Positions 1-10,954 of a DNA stretch of 64,000 nt are shown in pieces (the stretch's first letter is position 1; the number at the start of each line of letters is the position of its first letter). The stretch lies in assembly GCA_025603075.1 (NCBI GenBank), contig MU626363.1, forward strand, positions 11,459-75,458, read 5' to 3'. Below the pieces are notes generated by a model. That model saw nothing but the letters and a program-made list of their open reading frames with translations. It was not told where the DNA came from and made no database searches. The stretch comes from Neoconidiobolus thromboides FSU 785. Taxonomy: Eukaryota; Fungi; Entomophthoromycota. Made by a program: the position numbers and the translations under genes.

Positions 1-710
1 CTATAAAGTTTAACTTTTAAATCTACTGTTAATCATGTAGGTTACGAATTAAATAACTCATAATCCTAATATAGCCTTCTACTGTATTTATTGAATCCTT
101 TAATATTATTCTGAACACATCGGTATATGTTAGCAATACTAGGTATTCATAAAACTAAAGTATCTTTTCTATAACTATGTTCAAAAGCCTTCTTTGAAAA
201 TATTTTATATTTATAATTAAGAAATAAATTTGTATTGCCAAATTTATATTGTTTAATTAAAACAAATCGGTTTTTGTTTCTCAAAACTAAAATCTATAAT
301 ATGATAACTAAATTTTGTATTAGCACCTCTTTTGAGGTTAACAGTTATAAAGTTAGCACCAATCCAGACTCCCTATCAAAAAGTCCTCACACTCATGTCT
401 ATTCTTCTTCCTTGCTTTATGCCTAAACAAACGTAAAGTCCAATACAGATTTTGGCCAAATTTGAGTTGTATTATTCAAAGCCTGATATTAAAGAGTTAC
501 AAAGGTAGGTTAAAAAGTTTCCAGAAGTGGTAATTTTGGTTAACAAGCTATAAAAAAATTTACACTAATATATTGTATGTATTATAAATAAGATATATAC
601 AAAGTTTTACATTGGCCAAATAACTATTCTCTAAAACATGGGCACTGCTAATGAAATTCTTTTTACAGTTTTTTATTTGACTCCTAACAAAAAAACTTAT
701 TACATTATAT

Positions 711-809
711 GGGGATGTATTTTTTCATTTAAGAATTTTGTTAACAATTTTTCCACTTAAATAGCATTTAAAAGATGGAAAAAGTAATGAAATCAAAAAA
801 AACATCCTC
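711..809 (+). mobile_element. MITE-like hairpin element family A, copy
   Basis: GGGGATGTATTTTT...AAAAAAACATCCTC ends, family core; ATAT on both flanks (707-710, 810-813). Confidence 0.85.
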
Positions 810-1664
810 ATATCGTATTTCAAAGTTTTCACTATATTTGAATAATAGATAATCTAGTTGGTGCTAAAATCATATATATATTATTCATGGGCTACAAAAA
901 AAAATTTGATATATAAAATTTGATATCAAAAGCTTCATTACTTCATAATACTTTGCTAGATCCAGGCTGTAAATACTCTATCTCATTGTATTCCTTTTCT
1001 ATTAAATTTTAAAAAGCAGCAGTTTAGTTAATCAAAAATTTGGCAAGAATATAAGTGACGTCTTACATAATACATCCAAGAAGGACAAATTCGCTAATTT
1101 TGAGCTTGATTGCCTTTGTTTCATTTTTTCTGTAAACTTTTTGACCCTCTCTTGTAGTATGTCTTCTTATCACCCTGTAATTTTTCCTTTTGATATTTTT
1201 ATTGTTGTGATACTTTTTTAATCTTATTATTTTGTTTTAAATTTTGTTTTTTTAGTAAAATAATTGAGTTTGTGTTTATTCTAAAGATTTTAAAAAAGGA
1301 TACTTTGTGAAGTTTACCTACTTTGCAAAAAAAATGAAAACTTTATGATATTAGCCTATTAGACCCAACACCGAATAAATAAATAATTTAACTGAATTAT
1401 GAACTATATTGGCAAATAATTAACTATATAAAATGCAAATTTGTTAATGAAATGATAATAAGGCCATATATAGATTGAAAGAGCCCAATACTTGGGGGCT
1501 TCAAAGCAAATATTAAAGTAAAAACAAACAAGTATAATAACAAAAATGCAAAATTCAATAAATTTTTACTAAGAAATCATAAGAATTACATTTATAGAAG
1601 TGATACCAGTAAATAGAAGATTGAGGAGGAACTTTCTCGTTAAACAGATGTATTACTTTGTCAC

Positions 1665-2150
1665 TTAAGCTAAATTTTCATTAAAAATAGTAGCTATGCC
1701 TTCTGAAAAATTAAGGCCATTATTCAAAAACAATATATCAAACATGGAGCTATATGATACAGTGGTATAATGGAGTGATAGTGATGGGTGGTTGTCGTAG
1801 TTAAGCAATGCTACAGATGAACATTTATGACTTAAAATAAGAGAAAAATATTCCTTTAGGTAAAATACTGAGGACAATGCATTTCCTGGATTAAACAATA
1901 AAGTTGACAAATTACTATAGTTAAAGGATAGAGACGAGAGACGAGAGACGTACATTAGAGCTGTTTTGCTTTTATCTATAAAGTTCAAGTTAAAAAGTAG
2001 AATGAGGAATTAAAAATACAAAGGATACTAAATTTACTTACATAAAAACTTGATAAGCCATAGCTGTCATTCGAGAATAGAGTGTAATAACTATCATAGT
2101 TAAACTCCTCAACGTCACAGAAAAAGGGCCTTAAATGGAGATAAAGGTTT
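1665..2150 (-). other. possible fragment of a multi-exon gene or pseudogene, unknown product
   Basis: 107-codon ORF 1665-1988 with TTG start; an upstream open stretch (VLNQNLYLHLRPFFCDVEEFNYDSYYTLFSNDSYGLSSFY) follows a tttag and ends at a gtaagt donor near 2042; no recognisable motif. Confidence 0.2.
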
Positions 2151-2460
2151 TGATTTAGCACCTAAATAGCTCAACAACAAATTTCATGTTAATTTGATTT
2201 TTTGTTAGAACCAGATTAGTATTTATCTTTTTTTTTGGAATAGTTGAAATTGAAATTGAAATTTAGTAAATGAAATCTAACAACTGATTCTTTGACATTT
2301 ACGTCACCATAAAGAATTTGGTATTTTGATTCATTTTATAAATTTAGTCAACAATAATCAAATAATTTTCATAAATTTATGCTCAATTTTCTTTTTTGTA
2401 AACTTTATTGTTGCAAATAAATCCACAAATTAAATGCAAATGCGTAAAAAGTTAGAATAA

Positions 2461-2559
2461 AGGGATGTATTTTTTAATTTTACTACCAAGTTCTTCCACT
2501 CAAATAACACTTAATGGAAAAGTTGTTAGTAAAATTCTTAAGCAAGAAAATACATCCCC
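2461..2559. mobile_element. MITE family A, symmetric (left arm + left arm) chimeric copy
   Basis: AGGGATGTATTTTT...; the right part TGGAAAAGTTGTTAGTAAAATTCTTAAGCAAGAAAATACATCCCC is the reverse complement of the family left arm. Confidence 0.75.
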
Positions 2560-2945
2560 ATAAGTGATTTTAATGTTACACAGCTGCTGCAACTCTCCTG
2601 TAGTCTAATCAACTGTTCATTTAAAAATAAAGTTCGGTAAAAATATCCTAAAATTATATTCTTAAGATTTAAAAACCAATAAAACAGACAACTGGCTTTA
2701 AAAACTACAAATCAGGTCCAATAGAACTCCAGCTGCTTTAGGTAGTTTGTTGCTTTGAAAAGTGATAGCTTTTTAAAATATTGATTTATCTTTAAATATA
2801 ACTATTAAGTTCAAAGTAAACAAGATTCACCTCCTCAATGAGACACAACAAAATGAAATGTTTTAGATTTTTTTTATTACAAAAGGAAAAAAAGATGAGC
2901 TAATTATTTAACAGGAAAACGAAAAATAAACGAACTAAGGTTGAT

Positions 2946-4003
2946 TTAAGACAATAGACATTGACAATGATCCTCGTAAATCATACTCTTAATATTATCA
3001 CGATTTTGCCAAAACCAAGCATTTGGTGATATATCCATAGTGAATGAGGACTTCAAGTTGCTACAGTACCTTTTTTTAAAGATGGCTGATAAGGGCCAAG
3101 CAACGAGAAATAAGCAAGATATGACATTAAAGACTGCATACAACGGCTCATTGTTAAAGATATAGGCCCAATTATCACATCGAGCTATAGAAAGAGGGAA
3201 AAGAGCCATGAAAACAAGAGATACAATACTAAGAGGTGTAAATAAAGGGCTGTTGATTAAGGCATTTATCCAATTCCCTTGTCGAACTATTATCTCGTTT
3301 CTACTCAAAATATATTTAACACTAATAGTATGGTAATAACCTTCAATTCTCAAGGCCTTTTTGATTTTTTGAGTTAATAAGTCATAATCCCATATTACCT
3401 CCTTTACTATTTTTAACTCTTTTAAAGTGGCCTCTGACTTAATATAATTCTTGATCTCCTGCATCAATTCTTGTTGTGAATTCTCACATTTATATGGATT
3501 ATGTATCTTACCTTTCTGTGATATAAACGAAGTTAAATCAATCTCTTTATCAAAGTCTACTACATCTCGAGTTTTCATTACTTGGCGTTCTTTTCTTTTA
3601 TTGTTCTTATAATAAGTTTCAGTGACTTCATAAGTTTCTTTATGTACTCCTAAGTTGAAACATGACGTTATTATATATAATTATTTAATTAAAGTAATGA
3701 TGGATACCCTTTATACGAACCTTTAACTCAGGCTTAGAATTATAAGTATATATATAACTTTTTAATAATACAGCGTCTTTGTTTAGTCTTTTGTCATGTG
3801 AAACTATCCCACTTTGAGAAATTCTAACTTCTAAGTCTGCTGGTAATAGTCGAAGTCCTAAATTAGCCATTATTTTATGTTTTTTTTAGTTTATAAATAT
3901 ATATACCATTGCTTACATTAAATTCTGGGTCTTGCCCAATTCCTTCACTATAAGCTGGTAATCCTGAATAGCTTTTAGAACAAACTACCTCTTCTAAGTT
4001 CAT
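2946..4003 (-). CDS. conserved fungal hypothetical membrane protein (3 exons)
   Basis: ATG at 4003; GT-AG introns 3858-3906 and 3650-3707 join MNLEEV..LPAYSEG.., ORF 3685-3870 and ORF 2946-3578 in frame (..VRIKG|VHKETYEVTE..VVDFDKEIDLT..); two hydrophobic segments near the C-terminus. Confidence 0.75.
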
Positions 4004-5359
4004 GCTTGAACTATCCTAATTCGAAATTGTTTAAACAGTTTTGATTAAAAAAATTGATTAAACTCTTAGCATATATAGGAACTTTGCCAAGATTTGAATT
4101 AAATTAAGTAGAATCGTTGAGAGGTACTATTTGTTACTTTTACAAGGTTTCAGGTGATATAGGAATAATTTTTATTAGAATACTGCGATCAACCATTAAC
4201 TTTAAGGTTAAAATATAAATTAAATTATTATCCAATTAAATAGATGTAGGTATAACATTATAAGGTAATAATGTAATTTCTTTAGTTTTGTTAACTTTGT
4301 CCTGATTATATCCAACTCATTAAGCTTCAAACGGCTATATTAATACGATTTTGCATATTTTAACACATGATGGTTTAGACAATAGTAACATCTATAATAT
4401 TTGTATAACAAACGTAGATTTCTTATTTCCTTTAGTTGTTATAAGGACTAAATAACTCTAATAATTAGCCATTGGGAATGTTTAGTTAATAAACCCAAAC
4501 TCATTAATACTATGATAATTTGATAGATACCAATACATGAAACTGTGGATAACTGTCGCTTTTGCATTTGGATAAAAAAAACATAATAATTTCTTCTCTC
4601 ATATTTAATGGTTTATTACCAGTTCCTTTACTTTAATAGAATTTTAGTACTATTGCCTATGCCTTATGAAATGATACTTTGAATGAATTAACTTACATTT
4701 AATCTCTTAGTTTTTTGTACTTAAGCAATAAACTAGATATTATATCAAAATAGTAGTATTCAATCAAACTATAAGGACATTTTAAAACGTATAAACGAGT
4801 AATAATTTTTCTACAGATAGTCTAATTGTTTATCGAAATTTAAGTGAATAGCGATTGGCTCAAACAAAGTTCAATTTTATTTTTATTTTGGTTTATCACA
4901 GAAGCTAAGTTAAGTATAAACATAAAAAAAATAAACTCACTTTAAAAATGAAGGTTGAAGTAATAGCTCTTTATATACTCTTTTATTTTTAATATTATAT
5001 AACTATTAAAGTTGATTTGATTGTAAAATGTCAAAAAACTATTTAAGTCAAATTTGCCACTTTAAGAATATCCAAATTAAAAATTTGTTAACGATAAACT
5101 GAGCGACATTTTAATTCAACAAATAAAACAAAACTAAAAACAGTCAAAATGAAAAAAATGATAGACATAAATTATAAAAGTAGAAAAGCAATATAAACTT
5201 GAAAATAATTGAACTAATTTTGATAATCCATAAAGTGTATCTTATGTTCTGACTTAATACTACTTTAAATTATTTAAGAACAAACTTTTTAATTTATTTG
5301 CTTTAATTATATTATTTTTAGCTTTGACTAGTTAAAAGTAACTATAAACGTCTATTAAA

Positions 5360-7404
5360 ATGAATAAATTGTTTTATATAACAATACCGCTATTGATAGC
5401 AAATATAACATTTGGTTTAGACTGTCCAAATCCAACAGACAAATGTCGATATAGGGGTAAAAGATTTTTACCTTCCGATCCCAACGCTCCCGAATGCTGG
5501 TCATTTTCATATGATCGTTGGCAATGTACTTACAAAGTGGATGGTAAATGTGATAAAGCTTATGGCCAAATTGACATTACTGAATGTAATGTTCCACCAC
5601 CACCTCCAACTCCAGAATGTCCAAAAGCTACTGACGCTTGTAAAACTGGAGATATCCTTTGGAAGGCAGATAGTCCAAATGCACCAAAATGCTGGACTAA
5701 AAATCCATCTGTTCAATTTGGATGGATTTGTAGAGGAGACTCAGAAGATGAGTGTGATGCTTCAAAAGGTGAAGCTGATCTAACCAATTGTAACATTAAA
5801 CCACCAGTTCCAACCCCAGAATGTCCAAAAGCTACTAATAAGTGTAAAACTGGTGATGTTATTTGGGATGCTAATAGTCCAAATGCACCAAAATGTTGGA
5901 CTAAAAATCCATCCGTTGAATTTGGATGGACTTGTAGAGGAAATTCTGGTGATAAATGCGATGCTTCAAAAGGTGAGACTGACATCAAAACCTGTAATAT
6001 TCCTCCTCCAGCTCCAACCCCAAAGTGTCCAAAAGCTACCGATTTTTGTAGAAATGGTATCGGATCCTGGAGAGCTAATGATCCATACTCACCAAAATGT
6101 TGGTCAAAAACCTCTTCAGGGTGGAGATGTCAAGGAGATAGTGATGCTAAGTGTGATACATCTAAAGGTGAGGTTGACCTTAAAGCATGTAATATTCCAC
6201 CACCAACTCCAGAATGTCCAAAAGCTACTGACTCTTGTTTAGTTGGTGATATTGCATACCGTGCAGATGATCCAAGTGCACCAAAATGTTGGAGTAAATC
6301 TTCAGCATCTCAATTTGGATGGTCATGCTATGGAAGTAGATTTACAACTTGTGATGCTTTAAGAGGTGAAGTTGATTTAGGTACTTGTGGTATCACTCCA
6401 CCAGTTCCAACTCCAGAATGTCCAAAAGCTACTGACTCTTGTTTGGTTGGTGATATTGCATATCGCGCATCTGATTCNNNNNNNNNNNNNNNNNNNNNNN
6501 NNNNNNNNNNNNNNNNNNNNNNNNNNNNNNNNNNNNNNNNNNNNNNNNNNNNNNNNNNNNNNNNNNNNNNNNNNNNNNNNNNNNNNNNNNNNNNNNNNNN
6601 NNNNNNNNNNNNNNNNNNNNNNNNNNNNNNNNNNNNNNNNNNNNNNNNNNNNNNNNNNNNNNNNNNNNNNNNNNNNNNNNNNNNNNNNNNNNNNNNNNNN
6701 NNNNNNNNNNNNNNNNNNNNNNNNNNNNNNNNNNNNNNNNNNNNNNNNNNNNNNNNNNNNNNNNNNNNNNNNNNNNNNNNNNNNNNNNNNNNNNNNNNNN
6801 NNNNNNNNNNNNNNNNNNNNNNNNNNNNNNNNNNNNNNNNNNNNNNNNNNNNNNNNNNNNNNNNNNNNNNNNNNNNNNNNNNNNNNNNNNNNNNNNNNNN
6901 NNNNNNNNNNNNNNNNNNNNNNNNNNNNNNNNNNNNNNNNNNNNNNNNNNNCAATTTGGATGGACTTGTCAAGGAAATTCGAATACCAGATGTGATTTCT
7001 CAAGGGGTGAAGTTGATATAACCATGTGCACATTTCCTCCAGTTCCCCCAACTCCAGATTGTCCAAAAGAAAAGGACTATTGTCGTAATGGTTATTCTTA
7101 TTTTTATGCTTCTGATCTCAAGGCACCTGCTTGTTGGAGAAAGACAAAACTTGGATGGACATGTAATTGGAAGAAAGGATACACCTGTGATAAAGGTGAA
7201 GTAGATCTCACTGTTTGTTTCCCATATAGACGCAGAAAGTGCCCAAAAAAAAACTATGATAGTTATTCCCACTATGGTTCAGGTTATGGCTCGGGATATA
7301 AGCCAGGATATAATACACCTAAACCTGGTTATGGGTCTGGCTATAAGCCTTCTTATGGCTCAGGCTATAATCCAGTATACAATCCAGTATACAAAGGTCA
7401 TTAA
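5360..7404 (+). CDS. secreted six-cysteine tandem-repeat protein, paralog 1 (spans assembly gap) with Gly/Tyr-rich tail
   Basis: Signal peptide MNKLFYITIPLLIANITFG; 63-68 aa units CPKATD-C..AP.CW.K..GW.C.G....CD...GE.D...C.PPP; after the gap the repeat resumes (QFGWTCQGNSNTRCDFSRGEVDITMC) and runs into ORF 7024-7404, stop at 7404; no intron seen. Confidence 0.88.
6478..6951. other. assembly gap (474 N) inside the repeat gene
   Basis: N run; the coding frame differs on the two sides, so the gap size is an estimate. Confidence 0.99.
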
Positions 7405-7579
7405 GTCAACAAATTTAGATTCAATCATCCTCAAAGTAACTATGAATGAATGCTGCTTTTTGAAATTAATTTAAATAAAAAGGATCATGGTTCTAAATAT
7501 CTATGATAACAAACCTAAAAAAATTTAAACTTTGAACTCTAGAATACAAGCTACTCATTTGCTAGAATATTTAGAATAT

Positions 7580-7678
7580 GGGAGTGTTTTTTTTGACTTC
7601 ATTATTTTTTCCATTTTTTAAGCGCTATTTGAGTAGAAAATTTGTTAGTAAAATTCTTAAATACAAAAATACATCCCC
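7580..7678 (-). mobile_element. MITE family A copy
   Basis: GGGAGTGTTTT...AATACATCCCC; ATAT on both flanks. Confidence 0.85.
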
Positions 7679-7689
7679 ATATATTAAAT

Positions 7690-7786
7690 AGGGATGTATT
7701 TTTTTGCTTAACAATTTTACTAACAATTTTTCTACTCAAATAGCGCTTAAAAAATGAAAAAAGTGATGAAGCCAAAAAACGCTCCT
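7690..7786 (+). mobile_element. MITE family A copy (inverted relative to the copy 11 bp upstream)
   Basis: AGGGATGTATTTTTTT...CTCAAATAGCGCTTAAAAAATGAAAAAAGTGATGAAGCCAAAAAACGCTCCT. Confidence 0.8.
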
Positions 7787-8135
7787 AATGTTATGTGGTA
7801 TTTGTAAAATTAATCAAAGTTTTATACCTAAGTTCTTCATCTAGCATATTAGTATTTAACTGAAATGTTTTCTATTTAAATGATGTACCGTACAGCTCAA
7901 ACTAAAAGGAAAAAAACAAGGGATACTTTGGTTATAATTGGCTATTAGAGCATTATAATATGTCTGACTAAGTTCAAGCCTGAAGTATTCTCTCCAAATT
8001 TAATTAAAGATGAATGGACATTTTCATTTTGTATTTGCTGAATTTATTTATAAAGTTTTTCTTTTTTCTTTTTTCTTTTTTCTTATCAAATACAAAATAT
8101 CAGAAATAGAACTGATAAAAATGATCCTTTTATAT

Positions 8136-8230
8136 TGGGGTATTTTTAGTTTCATCATCTTTTTTATCTTTTAAGCCCTATTTAAGCAGAGAAATTGTTA
8201 GTAAATCCTTAAATCTAGAAATACATCTCT
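8136..8230 (-). mobile_element. MITE family A copy, diverged
   Basis: Family core TTTTAAGCCCTATTTAAGCAGAGAAATTGTTAGTAAA; ATAT on both flanks. Confidence 0.7.
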
Positions 8231-8429
8231 ATATACATTTCGAATTATTCATATAATATTTTTTTAATAAAATTAGTAATAGAAATATATAATAGAGATA
8301 AGTTCCAACCTTTAAACATTTCAATTAAATTTTGTTAGCTTTTTTATCAAAAATAAAATCAATATAAAATTTTGTTAAATTTAAATTCAAAATCATTTCA
8401 ACTTATTAAAAAGTATGAATTTTAGATAT

Positions 8430-8525
8430 GAGGGTGTGTTTTTTGGCTTCATTACTTTTTCCATTTTTTAAGCGCTATTTGAGCAGAAAGATTATTAGTA
8501 AAATTAAATATAAAAATACATCCCC
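8430..8525 (-). mobile_element. MITE family A copy
   Basis: GAGGGTGTGTTTTTTGG...AATACATCCCC; ATAT on both flanks. Confidence 0.85.
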
Positions 8526-9277
8526 ATATCTTTGTTTTATTTTTGTCTTAAAAAAGCAAAAGTTTTAAAATTATAAAACTTGCTTTAATTATTTATTTAA
8601 CTAAATAGTGATAAATTAAACAATTCTACAATAAATAATAGTTTTTTGATATATTATATTAGTTACTAATTTATGAAGATTTTAATAATAACATTTTTGT
8701 TTACTTCTATTTTTTATTAAAGCATTATCATTAAATTAATAAATAAGATTATAATTTTTTATGCATTATTTTAAATTATAAAATAATTCTATAAATTATT
8801 AGTTGTTGATAATCAATTAAGTTTCATAAAGTATGAGTTAGCTCAAAAGCTTGGTTTAAATTCTATCTAACTTCTTTTTTACAAAAATTGCAAATCAAGC
8901 ATCAAGTAGTGTAGAAATACTTGCTTTTTGCTTGATTTTAGAATAACTTATTCAAAAGTTTTTTATTCAGTTTTGCTTAACAACTTTTTAAAAATTTATG
9001 CTATAGAAAATGTATAAAAAAGAATTAGTATTTTTATTTTTGATTTCAATTTAGCTTTTAAAATTGCCCATATTTCTAAAAATTTAATAAGCTACTAACA
9101 ACCAAGTTGCCAAATTATAATTCAATTCCAAAATAACACAGAGCTAGGTGTTAAGATTTTCGGAATGGTTTTTAATTTAGTCAATTGAACAAGAACATTC
9201 AGATAAAAAATTAAATAAAAGCTCTAAAGTTGAAACTAAATAGCTTAGCCTATCAACTAATTGAGATATATATGTGT

Positions 9278-9593
9278 CATGGTGTATGTCCAAGAAACCA
9301 TACAAAGACATATATGCTATTTTTACTTATAGTCTATGTACTTTTATACAAAAAAAGGGAACATTTTTGTTACAAAAATTTTACCGTTTGCTTGAAAAAT
9401 AGTTTATGCAGTTCCACATAAACTAAGCCCAATTTTTTTATATCTATAAGAATATGCAAATTTTTTTCAGGCAAATGGTAAAACTTTTATTACAAAATGT
9501 CCACTTTTTTTTGTAAAAGTACGTAAACTATAAGTGAGAATAGTGTATATACGTCCTGGAAAAAACTACTTATGACTTGGTGGATATTACATG
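9278..9593. repeat. long imperfect inverted repeat / foldback element (family B)
   Basis: Left arm ACTTATAGTCTATGTACTTTTATACAAAAAAAGGGAACATTTTTGTTACAAAAATTTTACCGTTTGCTTGAAAAA (from 9325) matches the reverse complement of about 9460-9535; similarity extends outwards more weakly. Confidence 0.8.
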
Positions 9594-9806
9594 CTTAGTT
9601 GCTTATACTTCAAGACGCTTATTACAGAGTATAAAAATAAAATATTTTATATTATTACTGTACAATATTACAATATCCCAATGCATTTAATAAAATAAAA
9701 TATTGCTTTATATTTAGCTATAGTTAAAGTGGTAATTTTTGAACTTTTTTTTCTAAAAAGTTTTGCAGATTTATTACCAATATTTCCCACATATTGTTCA
9801 TGATAT

Positions 9807-9907
9807 GGGGATGTATTTTTTTGTTTAAGAATTTTACTAACAATCTTTCCACTCAAATAGTGCTTAAAAAATGGGAAAGTAAAATTTAAACATAAAAATA
9901 CATCTTC
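9807..9907 (+). mobile_element. MITE family A copy with chimeric right end
   Basis: GGGGATGTATTTTTTTG...; right end AAAATTTAAACATAAAAATACATCTTC is left-arm type; ATAT on both flanks. Confidence 0.8.
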
Positions 9908-10206
9908 ATATATATAATTTCTCAAGCTACTGCTCAAGATATATAATACATTTCAAAAAGAATTGGTGATAATCTGGAATGCATTTTTGGGTTGAAGTTC
10001 TGGCGGTTAATAGGCTACTTAAGAAAGTATTTAGATTATAATTATAATTCAATGTTTTAAACCTTGATAAAATATTCCTATTTTTAATGCATAAGCTAGG
10101 AAGAATCCTTTTTTTGTAGTTTATTAAAGAATTAGCAAATTATTACCAAATAACTTAAAATCATATATAATAAAGCAAGTAGTATCCAAAGCTTGATGTC
10201 TTTAAA

Positions 10207-10954
10207 ATGTCAAGTCAAGAAAGTTTAATATTAAATTTAAGTAGATTTTCGCATACTTTGGATGAAAATCTCATAACTTCAATAAAGAAAGATCACAATT
10301 TAATAAAATATTTATTTGAAGAGTTTCTAAAGCTGTCTTTGGAATGTCATAAAATAAAGTTGAGCAACGAAATAATACGCCAAAGTAATTTTTATGTAGA
10401 CAAAAACATCAATAACTAATGTGATCTTTTAGTTTCGGTTCATAACATTGCTGAGGAATTAACAGTATATCCAGTAATAAAAGATAAACTTGGGGAATAC
10501 ACATATATTCAGAATTTAAATGAGCACCGCAATCTGGAAAGGGAGCTTCGCAAGCTACCAAATTATTACTCTGAAGTTGGTTCTGAAGGATTCTATAAGA
10601 TTCTTATAACAATTGTCGAGGTAAAGGTTATATAAATATAAAGATTATTTAACTGTTTTTAGAGTTTCATTGCCCATTCGGAAAAAGAAGAAAAAGAAAT
10701 CTTACCCAAGTTAATCGAAAAGTTGACTGATCATGAAAAAGAAGATATTACTAAATCCTTTATATATAAACGATCGAAAGTTCCAACCAGGTAATTGATA
10801 TTAGCATTTTTATTTTTATTTACTAATTATGATTAGACCTCATCCTGGAGTAGCTATTAAATTCCCATACAAAAGCATTATCGCCACTCTTCAAGCGCCA
10901 TTGGATAAATTCATGGATATATTCACAAGGGATTTTCCTATTGTTAGTCATTGA
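10207..10954 (+). CDS. hemerythrin/HHE cation-binding domain protein (4 exons)
   Basis: Introns 10385-10432, 10621-10662 and 10791-10836 give IKKDH..ISVHNIAEELTVYP..EHRNLE..FIAHSEKEEKEILP..VPTRPHP, the H/HxxxE/H/HxxxE pattern of fungal HHE proteins. Confidence 0.88.

Noticed and set aside
4080-4570. Apparent long minus-strand frame with scattered stops
   Set aside because: Stop density is about what random AT-rich sequence gives.
5507-7474. Overlapping alternative-frame and antisense ORFs within Cys-repeat gene 1
   Set aside because: Shadows of the repetitive coding sequence, or N-filled frames; no independent motifs.
9668-9937. 89-aa ORF
   Set aside because: Spurious frame running through a MITE copy.
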